A stretch of DNA of 64,000 nucleotides from Candidatus Staskawiczbacteria bacterium. Lineage in GTDB: Bacteria > Patescibacteriota > Minisyncoccia > Minisyncoccales > Staskawiczbacteraceae. Each line of letters begins with the position of its first letter. Position 1 is the first letter of the stretch. Of the stretch, positions 9,300 through 19,279 are shown piece after piece. The notes below the pieces were generated by a model. It saw nothing but the letters and a program-made list of their open reading frames with translations. It was not told the DNA's origin and did not search any database. Location of the stretch: assembly GCA_026395175.1 (NCBI GenBank), contig JAPLZF010000009.1:2290-66289 (forward strand). Reading direction: 5' to 3'. Both the position numbers and the translations under genes were made by a program.

Positions 9300-9908
9300 T
9301 CAATTAAAAAGGTCGTTTACTCCTCCTTTGCCGTAAACTCCTTCCTGCTTAATAAAAATCAAGTAAAATGTTTTAAATATGATTTTAATATCCAAAAGAA
9401 CCGACCAATTGTCGACATACCAGACATCATACTTTATTCTCTCTTGCCATGTCAAAGAATTTCTGCCGTGTATCAGCGCCCAGCCGGCAAGTCCCGGTTT
9501 TGCCAAAAGTCGCCTTTTTTCAAAATCGTTATATTTTTCAACCTGATAGCGGAGAGTCGGGCGGGGACCCACCAGGCTCATCTCGCCTTTTAAAACATTA
9601 ATCAATTGCGGAAATTCATCAATGCCCCACTTTCTTAAAAATCCGCCGATTTTTGTTATTCTTTCGTCATTTTCAGAAACAGTTATGCCCAATCCTTTAT
9701 TTACGGCTCCCTCCACCATTGTCCTGAATTTAAACGGATAAAATGCTTTTCCATTTTTGCCGATTCTTTCCTGCTTAAAAAAAACAGGACCGGCAGAATC
9801 TATTTTAACTAAAACAGCAATCAATAAAAATAACGGCGACAATAAAATCAATCCTGCCAGCGCGATTGAAAAATCAAAAATCCGCTTTAAAATTAATTGC
9901 CCGGTCAT
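9300..9908 (-). CDS. Initiating phosphoglycosyl transferase (Bac_transf, PglC-like)
   Basis: KRIFD, GPVFFKQERIG, KFRTM, DEFPQLINVLKGEMSLVGPRP, DVWYVDNWS. Confidence 0.93.
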   Translation of the reverse strand: MTGQLILKRIFDFSIALAGLILLSPLFLLIAVLVKIDSAGPVFFKQERIGKNGKAFYPFKFRTMVEGAVNKGLGITVSENDERITKIGGFLRKWGIDEFPQLINVLKGEMSLVGPRPTLRYQVEKYNDFEKRRLLAKPGLAGWALIHGRNSLTWQERIKYDVWYVDNWSVLLDIKIIFKTFYLIFIKQEGVYGKGGVNDLFN

Positions 9909-12247
9909 TTCAGTTTTTTATTTAAGAGATTTTCGTATTCTTTTTCCATTCTATCAAAAAATATCCTTTCATCAAAATCTTTTTCGGCTTTTTTCCTTCC
10001 ATTGCTTCCCAGCTCCTCTGATTTTGCCGGGTCGTTCAAAAGATAAATAATGCTTTGAGCCAGTTTTTCAGGATTTTCCGGCGGTACCAAAATGCCGGTT
10101 ATTCCGTCTTCCACCGCTTCCCTGCATCCTCTTATATTTGTTGCAATTACAGGTTTTGCAAAAGAAGAAGCTTCCATAATGCTGTAAGGAAAACCTTCGC
10201 GGTAAGACGGCAAGACAAAAACATCCATCAAAGAATAAATTTCTTCTATGTTTGACAATTCCTGCTCGTATCCTAAAAGAACCGCGTCTTCTTCAATTCC
10301 ATATTCTTTCAAGACAGATTTGTCTAAAGCATCATCTTTTTCTTTGTCCAACGGCGCCACCAAAAGCAATTTTGCGCCGGGTATTTTATTTTTGACTATT
10401 TTGAAAGCTTCAAAAAGGTCTAAATATCCTTTTTCTATGACGAACCTACCCACCATTCCTATTATTTTTTTATTTTCAATTCCCAGCTCTTTCTTTTTAT
10501 TTAAAATAAAATTTTTATCGAATTTTGAAGAATTAAATCGGGATATGTCAACTCCATATCTTAAAAGCTTGATTTTTTTCTTGCTTATAATCTTTTTTTT
10601 AATCGCCCAACTGATATCTTCCTTGTTCTGAGAAGTTATCAAGTCGCAAAAATAAGAAGCGAATTTTTCAGCAGACAATATGGAAACTCTTACCCAAGCG
10701 GGTATTTTTATGCCCACATAGAAGCCGTGGGAAGTATGGACCACTGCCGGAACTCCGGCCAATCTTGCCGCCACTCTTCCCAGAAATCCGGCTTTCGGAG
10801 TATGGGTATGGACTATATCGAATTTTTCTTTTCTAAAATATAAAAATAATTTTATGAAAGGCATAAAATCCGCCAACGGGCTGACGCGCCTGAGCATTTT
10901 AATGTTATAAACGGAAAAGCCCTGCTCTCTTAAAAATCCTGTCCATTTGCCTTCAGAGCAAACTATGGAAACCTCGCAATTTTCTTTCTTCAAAAATTTA
11001 AGCAGGTCCAAAAGTATAAACCTGGCGGTAATGTCGACTGTCGTAACATGGCAAATTTTTATTTTTTTATTCCTGCATATTTTTTTGTCTGCCAATTTTT
11101 TATATTCTTCTTTTATTCTTGAAAAAACTATCTCCTCGTCAAATTCTTTTTCGGCTTTTGCTCTTGCGTTTTCAGCCATTTTTTTTGCCCTGTCGGGATT
11201 TGCCAGCATAAAAATTATGGCTTTTGCCAGCGATTCCGGATTTTGCGGCGGAATTAAAATTCCGTTTTTATTATTTTCAACAGCTTCTTTGCATCCTCTG
11301 ATATTTGTGGTTATTATTGGCCTCTCTTCCGCCATTGCCTCAACCACGGTTCTTGGAAATCCTTCGCGCCATGATGCCAAAACAAAAACGTCCATTAAAG
11401 GATACAATTCGTCAATGTCGATTCTTTCTCCCAAAAATACCACATTATTTTCAATGCCGTAATTTTTGACGATTTTTGGGTCAAAAGCGTCTCCTTTTTC
11501 CAGGTCTTCGGGACCCACGACCAAAAGAAGGGTTTTGGGAAATTTTTCCAAAACCTTTTTGAAAGCTGAAAACAAATCAAAATATCCTTTTTCCCTAACC
11601 AATCTGCCGGCTGTGCCGATAATTTTAAAATCGGGATTCAATCCAAGTTCTGCTTTTTTCCTATTTATAAAATCTTCTGAAAATCTTTTTGAATTGAATT
11701 TTTCAATATCGGCTCCGTTCCCCAAATATCTTATTTTTTTTGGGCTTGTTATTTTTTTTCTTATAACCGTTTCCATATCTTCCTTATTTTGGGAAAAAAT
11801 CAAATCAGAACAACTGTCGGCTGTCTTTTCAATGAAAGTATAAAAATTGCGCTTGAAATACGGCGTCCTGTCTGAGAAATAAAGCCCGTGCAAAGTGTTT
11901 ATAATAATGGGAACTCCTGCTATTTTTCCTGCCAATTGTCCAAGCAGGCCGGGTTTTGGAGTGTGCGTGTGGATTATCTGAAATTTTTCTTTTTTAAAAT
12001 ATAAAAACAGCCGGAAAAGGGAAACCAAATCCGAAAAAGGAGTTATTCTTCTCCTTATTTTTATGTTTTTTACCTTTATTCCTTCAGCTTCTATGTCTTT
12101 TTTCCACTTGCCTTCAGAACAGACAACATAAACATCATATCCTTCTTTCTGCAAAAATTTCAGCTGAGGCAAAAGTAAAAACTTCACCGTGATATCGGCT
12201 GAGGCAACATGGCAGATTTTAATTTTTTCAGCTTGGTTAAAAGACAT
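9905..12247 (-). CDS. Tandem double GT4 glycosyltransferase (two CapM/PglA-like GT-B units)
   Basis: Two homologous halves, each starting KIKICHV and containing HTHTPK.G.LG and REGFP…EA (ExE motif). Confidence 0.9.
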   Translation of the reverse strand: MSFNQAEKIKICHVASADITVKFLLLPQLKFLQKEGYDVYVVCSEGKWKKDIEAEGIKVKNIKIRRRITPFSDLVSLFRLFLYFKKEKFQIIHTHTPKPGLLGQLAGKIAGVPIIINTLHGLYFSDRTPYFKRNFYTFIEKTADSCSDLIFSQNKEDMETVIRKKITSPKKIRYLGNGADIEKFNSKRFSEDFINRKKAELGLNPDFKIIGTAGRLVREKGYFDLFSAFKKVLEKFPKTLLLVVGPEDLEKGDAFDPKIVKNYGIENNVVFLGERIDIDELYPLMDVFVLASWREGFPRTVVEAMAEERPIITTNIRGCKEAVENNKNGILIPPQNPESLAKAIIFMLANPDRAKKMAENARAKAEKEFDEEIVFSRIKEEYKKLADKKICRNKKIKICHVTTVDITARFILLDLLKFLKKENCEVSIVCSEGKWTGFLREQGFSVYNIKMLRRVSPLADFMPFIKLFLYFRKEKFDIVHTHTPKAGFLGRVAARLAGVPAVVHTSHGFYVGIKIPAWVRVSILSAEKFASYFCDLITSQNKEDISWAIKKKIISKKKIKLLRYGVDISRFNSSKFDKNFILNKKKELGIENKKIIGMVGRFVIEKGYLDLFEAFKIVKNKIPGAKLLLVAPLDKEKDDALDKSVLKEYGIEEDAVLLGYEQELSNIEEIYSLMDVFVLPSYREGFPYSIMEASSFAKPVIATNIRGCREAVEDGITGILVPPENPEKLAQSIIYLLNDPAKSEELGSNGRKKAEKDFDERIFFDRMEKEYENLLNKKLK

Positions 12248-12916
12248 TTATTTTTTGGCAACTATCAGGCAGAGAACAACATATCCCGTCCCCGGCGCGG
12301 GAAGATTGTATCCTAAGCTGTGATTGTTTTTGACTATTTTTTTTATTATTTCAAAATTATTTTCTTCAATCCATTTGTCAAACATTTCCAATTTAAGCGA
12401 ATGCGGATGCCCGGGGTCTCTGGGAAGATTCAGCTGTTCAAGTATGTAAAATTTTCCGCCAGGCTTTAAAATACGCGTGCCTTCCTGCAAAACTTTTTCA
12501 GGGCGAATCACATGCTGTAAAACATTATACAAAAAAACATTGTCTGCAAAATCAGATTTTAAGGGAATTTCTTCTCCCGGAGACTTAATCCTTCTAATCG
12601 ACTTGTCAACAGAATCAATGGGAAGCGGGTCGACGGCAATTTTTTCCTTTGCATTCAGCCTTGTCAAAATTCCTATGGGGCCAGCTCCAATATCAACTAA
12701 TATTTTATTTTTGAAATCATCTGTTTCCTTCAATTCAAAAAATTCTGAAACAATATCAAGCCATTGCTTATCCATTGTGCGCAAATTTTTTTTAAACCAT
12801 TTATTCCAAAATCTTTTCTCGAATTTTTGCGCCAAATGCCAGAGAAATTCCTCTGAAAACAGCGGGCTTAATTTTCTATAAATTTTTTTTCCGGCTTCTT
12901 TGATTTTTTTAAGCAT
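12248..12916 (-). CDS. Class I SAM-dependent methyltransferase (type 11-like)
   Basis: LVDIGAGPIG, NVLQHVIRPEKVLQEGTRILKPGG. Confidence 0.8.
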   Translation of the reverse strand: MLKKIKEAGKKIYRKLSPLFSEEFLWHLAQKFEKRFWNKWFKKNLRTMDKQWLDIVSEFFELKETDDFKNKILVDIGAGPIGILTRLNAKEKIAVDPLPIDSVDKSIRRIKSPGEEIPLKSDFADNVFLYNVLQHVIRPEKVLQEGTRILKPGGKFYILEQLNLPRDPGHPHSLKLEMFDKWIEENNFEIIKKIVKNNHSLGYNLPAPGTGYVVLCLIVAKK

Positions 12917-14010
12917 AAAGAATATATTTTTAATAATTCTTCCGTTATTGAATCCAATGAATACTTTTTAACTGCTTCTTTGTTTTTCAAGGAAATTTGT
13001 TTTCTCAGCTCGCTGTCAGAAAGCAGGCATAAAATTTTTTCAGCCAGCTTGACCGGATTTTTCGGCTCGACCAGAAAACCATTTTCTTTGTCTTTCAATA
13101 TTTCTGGAATTCCCCTCACTCTGGATGCGACAATCGGCAAACCAGACGCCATGGCTTCTAAAATAACAATCGGCAAACCTTCAGACAGGCTGGGCAGGGC
13201 AAAAATATCGGAAGAAATCATATAACCCGGAATTTTATTATTTGGAACATTGCCTATAAAACTCACCTGCTCTTTTAAATCATTTCTTCTAGCAAGGCGC
13301 TCCAATTTTCGGCGTTCTGTCCCTTCGCCGGCTAAAATTAATCTTGCTTCCGGCATTTTTTCTTTTATAATTTTGAAAGCCGTTATCAGATATTCCAAAC
13401 CCTTGACAGCATGAAGCCCGCCGGCAAAAAAAACAATTTTTTCGTCGGGACCGATTTCCAATTTGCGTCGGGATTCTTCTTTCGACAAGCCCTCGAAATT
13501 TTCCAAGCTTATGCCGTTGGGAATGACAACAACCTCTTTTTTGCAGGTTTTTTGTATATTTTTTTTCATATCCTCGGTCAAAGCAATTATTTTGTCGGCA
13601 TTGCCAAAAACAAGCTTGTTGATTATTTTTTTTAATTTCCAATCCAAATAAATATCAGATCCGTGGCCCAAAACAACATACGGCGTTTTAAAAAATTTTT
13701 TATACAATAAAGCTGGAATGCCCATTTGCGTATTTTGGCAATGCACTATATCGGGATTGATATTTTTTATATAAAATGGAATTTTCAGCCAAAAATATAC
13801 AAATCCCAAAGAAGGTATTTTAGGATAAGAAATTCTGCGGACATAAAAATTGGCTTCAACGGTTTCTTTGAATAATTCTTTTCTGCCGGAAGCTATAACA
13901 TGCACCTCGTGTCCTTTTTTTGCCAAATATTTAGCAGTATTGTAGGTTGCAACTTCAATTCCGCGCTTATTTTCTGACTTGAATACAGCGGTTAAAATTA
14001 CTATTTTCAT
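12868..14010 (-). CDS. GT4 glycosyltransferase
   Basis: VIPNGI, KGLEYLI, LPSLSEGLPIVILEAMASGLPIVAS. Confidence 0.9.
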   Translation of the reverse strand: MKIVILTAVFKSENKRGIEVATYNTAKYLAKKGHEVHVIASGRKELFKETVEANFYVRRISYPKIPSLGFVYFWLKIPFYIKNINPDIVHCQNTQMGIPALLYKKFFKTPYVVLGHGSDIYLDWKLKKIINKLVFGNADKIIALTEDMKKNIQKTCKKEVVVIPNGISLENFEGLSKEESRRKLEIGPDEKIVFFAGGLHAVKGLEYLITAFKIIKEKMPEARLILAGEGTERRKLERLARRNDLKEQVSFIGNVPNNKIPGYMISSDIFALPSLSEGLPIVILEAMASGLPIVASRVRGIPEILKDKENGFLVEPKNPVKLAEKILCLLSDSELRKQISLKNKEAVKKYSLDSITEELLKIYSLCLKKSKKPEKKFIEN

Positions 14011-14011
14011 T

Positions 14012-14800
14012 TTATTTTTTATTCACTTGTCCGACCATAATTAAATGAAAGCTAAAAAATCTTGAAAAAACCGGATGATTGTCTTCTATTTTTCCGATTG
14101 CGTTTAAAATTTTTATAATTGCGGTTTCGGGCAGAGGAATTGTCAAAAAGAACAGAGCCTTCATAGATTTCCAATTTTTCCAAACGCGCATTTGAGGCGC
14201 CAAATATACTCCGTGGATGCCGACAACTTCTAATCCGGCTCTTTCCATCAAGCATTTTAAGCGCTTGGCTGAATACGACTCTTCATAGCCATACTGCCAT
14301 TTTCCCGCAATTTTTGCCAATATTTTGGAAATGACAAAAAGGCTGTAGCGGTTGGGCACATCTATTATGACATACTTTTTGGAAACTCTGGCCATCTCGC
14401 GGACCGCCTCGATGGATTTTGACATTTTAAAATGTTCAAGCACGCCCTCATTCCAAACTATGTTAAAAGACGAATTTTCAAACGGCAAATCAAACAAATC
14501 TCCTTTTTTTAAATTTTTTGCGCCAAACACTTCTTTTGCTATTTTTAAAGGCTGGCTGTTGCAATCAAGCCCTACTGAATAATGCCCTTTGTTCTGAAAA
14601 TATGAAACTACATAGCCGGAACCGCAACCCGCCTCAAGAATGCTGTCTTTAGGGCTTATATATTTTTCCAAAACTTTTATTAATTTAGAATATATATATT
14701 TGTTTATAGCATCCGGCCCTTCATAATTTTTATAAATCTTGTCCCAAACATTTTCCATATTATTTTCATTTCTCATATTTATTGCTTGATTCCTCTCCAT
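14012..14800 (-). CDS. Class I SAM-dependent methyltransferase
   Basis: ILEAGCGSG, GDLFDLPFENSSFNIVWNEGVLEH, EMARVSK. Confidence 0.85.
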   Translation of the reverse strand: MERNQAINMRNENNMENVWDKIYKNYEGPDAINKYIYSKLIKVLEKYISPKDSILEAGCGSGYVVSYFQNKGHYSVGLDCNSQPLKIAKEVFGAKNLKKGDLFDLPFENSSFNIVWNEGVLEHFKMSKSIEAVREMARVSKKYVIIDVPNRYSLFVISKILAKIAGKWQYGYEESYSAKRLKCLMERAGLEVVGIHGVYLAPQMRVWKNWKSMKALFFLTIPLPETAIIKILNAIGKIEDNHPVFSRFFSFHLIMVGQVNKK

Positions 14801-15477
14801 GCGATAAACAAATTTAAAAATGGCAAAAAGCCAAACATTTTTCTCTTGTTGTCCATAAGATATTCTTTTTCTGTTTTTCGGCAGTATTTTTTAAGCATTT
14901 TCTCTATCTCCCATGGGAAAAACCATTTTTCTCGGAATTGAAAATCCCTCGGATAAAACCACTTATTAGAAATTTCCATGTATTTTTTAAAAAACATCAA
15001 AGGTAAGAAAAATTTAGGGTGGATAGATGCCTTATTTTTATCTATAATAATTATTTCCCCATTTCTCTTTAAAACTCTAGCCATCTCCTTAATTGATTTT
15101 TCTGTGTTGGGAATTTGCGACAAGACTTCAATGCAAATTAAAAAATCAAACTCGTCATCCATAAATGGCAGATTGCCGGCGCTTGCCTGAACAAATTCAA
15201 TATCCTTATTATTTTTTCTTGCCGCCTTAATCAGCTCTTTCGATGGTTCGACGCCAATTATATTTATAAATCCGAAATCTTTTATTTTTCTGCAAAATCT
15301 TCCTTTGCCGCATCCTACGTCTAAAATTTTTCCATCAGACGGCTTGCCAAGAAATTTTAATATTTTTTTAATCCTAAAATCAGACAAATCTATTTCCTCT
15401 AGAAAAATATGAGAAAATTCATCAAATCTCCGTATTATTTTATTTTCAATTTCATTTTCCTGCATATATTTTTTCAA
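14779..15477 (-). CDS. Class I SAM-dependent methyltransferase
   Basis: ILDVGCGKG, LPFMDDEFDFL, EMARVLKRNG. Confidence 0.85.
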   Translation of the reverse strand: MKKYMQENEIENKIIRRFDEFSHIFLEEIDLSDFRIKKILKFLGKPSDGKILDVGCGKGRFCRKIKDFGFINIIGVEPSKELIKAARKNNKDIEFVQASAGNLPFMDDEFDFLICIEVLSQIPNTEKSIKEMARVLKRNGEIIIIDKNKASIHPKFFLPLMFFKKYMEISNKWFYPRDFQFREKWFFPWEIEKMLKKYCRKTEKEYLMDNKRKMFGFLPFLNLFIAWRGIKQ

Positions 15478-16342
15478 AAATATCCTTATATGTTGCCACC
15501 CAGATGTCTTCTTTTTTTTCTGCGATATAATCCAGCATCAGCTTAAAATCTTCATTACCTGCAATATCTTGGGGGTCAAAATATAAATTGATGTACGAAC
15601 CGGAATCTATTCCAATATCCATCAATTTTTTGAATAATTTATAAAATTCCCCATTTTTTTTGTGTTCCCCGTCTCCTCTTTCCAAGGAATGCCAAGTGTC
15701 AAAAATTGCAAAAGGATGCTTGGGACAAGTGCTTAATGGAAACTCCATTATTTCATTTTTCATAAACGGCAGACCGCAACTGGATGTTTTTATGGCGGAC
15801 ACAGAAGAAGAATATTTATATCCCAGATTGCAAAGAATGCCGTAAACGTCTTCTCCGTGCAAATTTGCAAAATGCGGAGTTCTGAATCCCATCGGAGCAT
15901 AGCCTAATATATTTTTGCAAACTTCATCGCATTTTTTTATTTCTTCCATCCGCTGGCTTGCCGCAAGCTCGTTAAATTTCTGGCCCGGATTCAATTCTTC
16001 GTTATTTGGGTGAGTATAAGTGTGATTTATTATTTCATGGCCTTCTTCAATAATTCTTCTGTGCTGTTTTGGATATTTTTCTATAAGTTTGCCCACGCTG
16101 GCGAAAGATGCCTTGAACGGATAGCGCGAAAGAATGTCTAGCAAAAGTGGTATCGCCATAATATCTTCTGTGTAATCGCAGTCAAAAGACAGGCTCAAAC
16201 ATGATTTTTTCCCGTTCCAGCGCATTTTGCCAACATTTTTCTTGTAAAAAAATTTCAAATAAAAAAACGGACATATTTTTGTAATTGCATATCTGAATGC
16301 CTTATTTCCAAATTTTTTAAATTTTCGGATTATTTCACCCAC
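15452..16342 (-). CDS. Polysaccharide deacetylase (NodB/CE4)
   Basis: SLSFDCD, GHEIINHTYTH metal motif, GFRTP, YSSS; GTG start. Confidence 0.8.
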   Translation of the reverse strand: MGEIIRKFKKFGNKAFRYAITKICPFFYLKFFYKKNVGKMRWNGKKSCLSLSFDCDYTEDIMAIPLLLDILSRYPFKASFASVGKLIEKYPKQHRRIIEEGHEIINHTYTHPNNEELNPGQKFNELAASQRMEEIKKCDEVCKNILGYAPMGFRTPHFANLHGEDVYGILCNLGYKYSSSVSAIKTSSCGLPFMKNEIMEFPLSTCPKHPFAIFDTWHSLERGDGEHKKNGEFYKLFKKLMDIGIDSGSYINLYFDPQDIAGNEDFKLMLDYIAEKKEDIWVATYKDIFEKIYAGK

Positions 16343-16357
16343 AATTTTATATTTTCG

Positions 16358-17242
16358 TTAATTTTTTATTTTTTTAATTCTTCGGGCAAAAGCTGGGCTT
16401 AAAATAGTCAGGCAGACGAAAATCAGCAGTTTCCACGAGGCAAAATTAAAAAGCTTTGAGGCAACGGATTTTATCAGGGATTTTTTAGCGCTTTTATAAT
16501 CTTTTTTGTAAAAAAATACTTTTCCCTGATGATAATATTCAGCAGAACAGCTTACATAACCTCTCCCCGCCTTTTGGACCTGCGCGGCAATTTCTGCAAG
16601 CTTGTTCAACGAAGTCAGGCTGTTTTGGTGATGGCGATAATAATAAAGAAAATCATTTATTCTTTTCATTTTGAAACTCTGCCTAATGCGAAGCCAATAA
16701 TTATAATCTTCTGCCAGCCGTAATTTAAGGTCATATTCGCCGATTTTTTCGTAAACTTCCCTGCGATATAAAAAACAAGCTCCTATAAAATTATTATTAT
16801 CCAGGGATTTTGGCGAACCGGCTCTCAATGGTTTCAATATTTTTCCTGCCTCGTCAATCAAATAAAAATTGGCATAAACAAAACCTATATCTTTATTTTT
16901 TTCCAGAACCTCAGCCATTCTGGCGATAGCTTTTTTAGCGTAAAAATTATCATCTGACGTCCATGTCAAATATTCTCCTGCAGATTTTGCAAAACCGGTA
17001 TTAAGCGCCGCAGGCAAACCTAAATTTTTTTCATGCTTAAAATATCTTATTCTTCTGTCAGAATAAGATTTAATAATATCTGCCGTGTTATCAGAAGAGC
17101 CGTCGTCGACAATAATCAGCTCTAAATTTTTATATGTTTGGTTCAAGCAGCTGTCAATCGACTGCTTTAAATATCTGCTGCCGTTGCAAGTTGGTAAAAC
17201 TATAGAAACTAAAAAATTTTCATTCATATTTCTGCTCTTCAA
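16358..17242 (-). CDS. GT2 glycosyltransferase (likely start 17227)
   Basis: VSIVLPTCN, LIIVDDGSSD, LPAALNTG, WTSDDN, AEDY. Confidence 0.9.
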   Translation of the reverse strand: MKSRNMNENFLVSIVLPTCNGSRYLKQSIDSCLNQTYKNLELIIVDDGSSDNTADIIKSYSDRRIRYFKHEKNLGLPAALNTGFAKSAGEYLTWTSDDNFYAKKAIARMAEVLEKNKDIGFVYANFYLIDEAGKILKPLRAGSPKSLDNNNFIGACFLYRREVYEKIGEYDLKLRLAEDYNYWLRIRQSFKMKRINDFLYYYRHHQNSLTSLNKLAEIAAQVQKAGRGYVSCSAEYYHQGKVFFYKKDYKSAKKSLIKSVASKLFNFASWKLLIFVCLTILSPAFARRIKKIKN

Positions 17243-18332
17243 GGATTATTCTAATTATTTTTTCTGCCGCTTTTCCATCGCCGAAAGGATTTTTTTTGTC
17301 GCCTTTTGCTATTTTCCTGCCAATCATTTTTTCAGTGGCTTCCAAAATTTTCTTCGGATTTGTCCCTGCCAGCATATTCATTTTAAGTTTTATTGTTTCC
17401 GACCTTTCCGTATTGTCTCTCAAAGTAACGCATGGAACTCCCAGAATAAAAGCCTCTTCCTGTATTCCGCCGGAATCGGTTAATATAAGTTTCGCATTTT
17501 TTTCCAGCTGCAAAAATTCCAGAAATCCGGCAGGCTCTGTTTCAAAAACGCCTTTTGGAAGCGCCAGTTTGAATTCTGATATTTTATTCTTGGTTCTCGG
17601 ATGAATCGGAAAAATTATTGGAATATTAAATTTGCAAAAAACCAGCTCCAGCCCTTTCAATATTTTTTCCAGCCTTTCTTTTTTGTCCACATTTTCCGCC
17701 CTATGGAAAGTTGTCAAAAAATAATCTCTATTTTTTAATTTTAATTTTTTAAGAATTTTTGTTTTTTTATCCGCTATTTTTGCATTTTGTAAAACCGCGT
17801 CAACTATTGTGTTTCCCGTTACAAAAACCTTGCCCAAATCTTTGCCTTCTTGCTGTAAATTTTTTAACGCGTCTTCAGTCGGAACCATCAGAAGGTCGGA
17901 AATGTGGTCTACAATCACTCTTATCACTTCTTCTAACATAGACGTATCGTGGCTTCTTAAGCCGGCTTCGTGATGGACAAGCTTGATTCCCAATTTATTG
18001 GCGGCAAGAGCTCCGGCTAAAACCGATATTGTATCTCCCTGCACAACAACTGCATCGGGCTTTTCTTTCAACAAAACCGCCGTGATGTTTTTAACCATTA
18101 TTCCCACTTGTTTTCTGTATGGCTGTCCGCCGGTTTTAAGATTATATTTTGACCCAGGCAGGTTTAAATCTTTAAAAAATATTTCGTCCATTTTCTGGCT
18201 ATAGTGCTGTCCGGTATGCAAAATAAAATAGTCCAGCCCTTTCTTTTGGCATTCTCTGACAATCGGGGCCATTTTTATTATTTCAGGCCGAGTGCCTAAA
18301 ATTATGCAAATTTTTGTTTTATAATTTTTCAT
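17220..18332 (-). CDS. wecB: UDP-GlcNAc 2-epimerase (non-hydrolysing)
   Basis: GTRPEIIKMAP, HTGQHY, VQGDT, HEAGLRS, TGNTIVDA, HRAEN, TDSGGIQEEA, NPFGDG. Confidence 0.93.
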   Translation of the reverse strand: MKNYKTKICIILGTRPEIIKMAPIVRECQKKGLDYFILHTGQHYSQKMDEIFFKDLNLPGSKYNLKTGGQPYRKQVGIMVKNITAVLLKEKPDAVVVQGDTISVLAGALAANKLGIKLVHHEAGLRSHDTSMLEEVIRVIVDHISDLLMVPTEDALKNLQQEGKDLGKVFVTGNTIVDAVLQNAKIADKKTKILKKLKLKNRDYFLTTFHRAENVDKKERLEKILKGLELVFCKFNIPIIFPIHPRTKNKISEFKLALPKGVFETEPAGFLEFLQLEKNAKLILTDSGGIQEEAFILGVPCVTLRDNTERSETIKLKMNMLAGTNPKKILEATEKMIGRKIAKGDKKNPFGDGKAAEKIIRIILEEQKYE

Positions 18333-19266
18333 TTTGCTTGTACCACTCAAATGTTTTTGCCAATCCGTCTTTAAAGTTGACTATCGGATGATAATTAATG
18401 ATATTTTCTGCTTTTGAAATGTCGGCTTTTGAATGCAGAACGTCGCCCTGCCTTTCTTTCTGATAGTCTGCTTTAATGTCTTTGCCGGTTATTTCTTTCA
18501 ACAAATCTACCAATTGGTTAAGGCTAGTTTGGTCTCCGCAGGCAATATTCAAAACCTCTCCGTTGCCTTCTCCTGAATTGGCTGCCAATATATTTGCTTG
18601 GACGACATTTTCCACAAAAGTAAAATCTCGGCTTTGTTCTCCTGTTCCGTAAATTATCGGCCTTTCGTTTTTAAGAAAAGCAAAAATAAAATTCGGCATA
18701 ACCGCCGCATATTGGGATTTTGGGTCTTGCCTTGGCCCGAATACATTAAAATAGCGCAGAGAAATTGTTGGAAATTTATAAATCTGCCAAAAAATCTGGC
18801 AATATCTTTCTCCGGCATATTTTGTCAAAGCATAAGGTGAAATCGGCTTTATCGGAAAATCCTCTCTTTTCGGCAGTTCCGGATTATCACCGTAAATAGA
18901 CGAAGAAGACGCATAAACAAATTTTTTGACGCCTTCGTCTTTTGCTGCAACCAATAAATTAAGGGTTGATGTGATATTCGAATCATTTGATTTTATTGGG
19001 TCTTCAATAGACCTTGCCACCGAAGGAACCGCCGCCTCGTGTAAAACGAAATCTATTCCTTTCACTGATTTTCTGGCAATATCCAAGTCTGTCAAATCTC
19101 CCTCGATAAATTCAAAATTCGGGTTATCAAAAAACTCTTCAATGTTCTCTTTTTTGCCGGTAGACAAGTTATCTGCAACTCTGACAAATTCCCCTTTTTC
19201 TAAAAGTTTTTTTACGATGTTGGAACCGATGAATCCGGCTCCACCCGTAACTAAATATTTTTTCAT
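18319..19266 (-). CDS. NAD-dependent UDP-HexNAc(A) 4-epimerase (WbpP/TviC-like SDR)
   Basis: LVTGGAGFIGS, HEAAVPSVARS, SPYALTK (YxxxK), LRYFNVFGPRQDP..YAAV. Confidence 0.85.
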   Translation of the reverse strand: MKKYLVTGGAGFIGSNIVKKLLEKGEFVRVADNLSTGKKENIEEFFDNPNFEFIEGDLTDLDIARKSVKGIDFVLHEAAVPSVARSIEDPIKSNDSNITSTLNLLVAAKDEGVKKFVYASSSSIYGDNPELPKREDFPIKPISPYALTKYAGERYCQIFWQIYKFPTISLRYFNVFGPRQDPKSQYAAVMPNFIFAFLKNERPIIYGTGEQSRDFTFVENVVQANILAANSGEGNGEVLNIACGDQTSLNQLVDLLKEITGKDIKADYQKERQGDVLHSKADISKAENIINYHPIVNFKDGLAKTFEWYKQNEKL

Positions 19267-19279
19267 AAAATAATTATTA

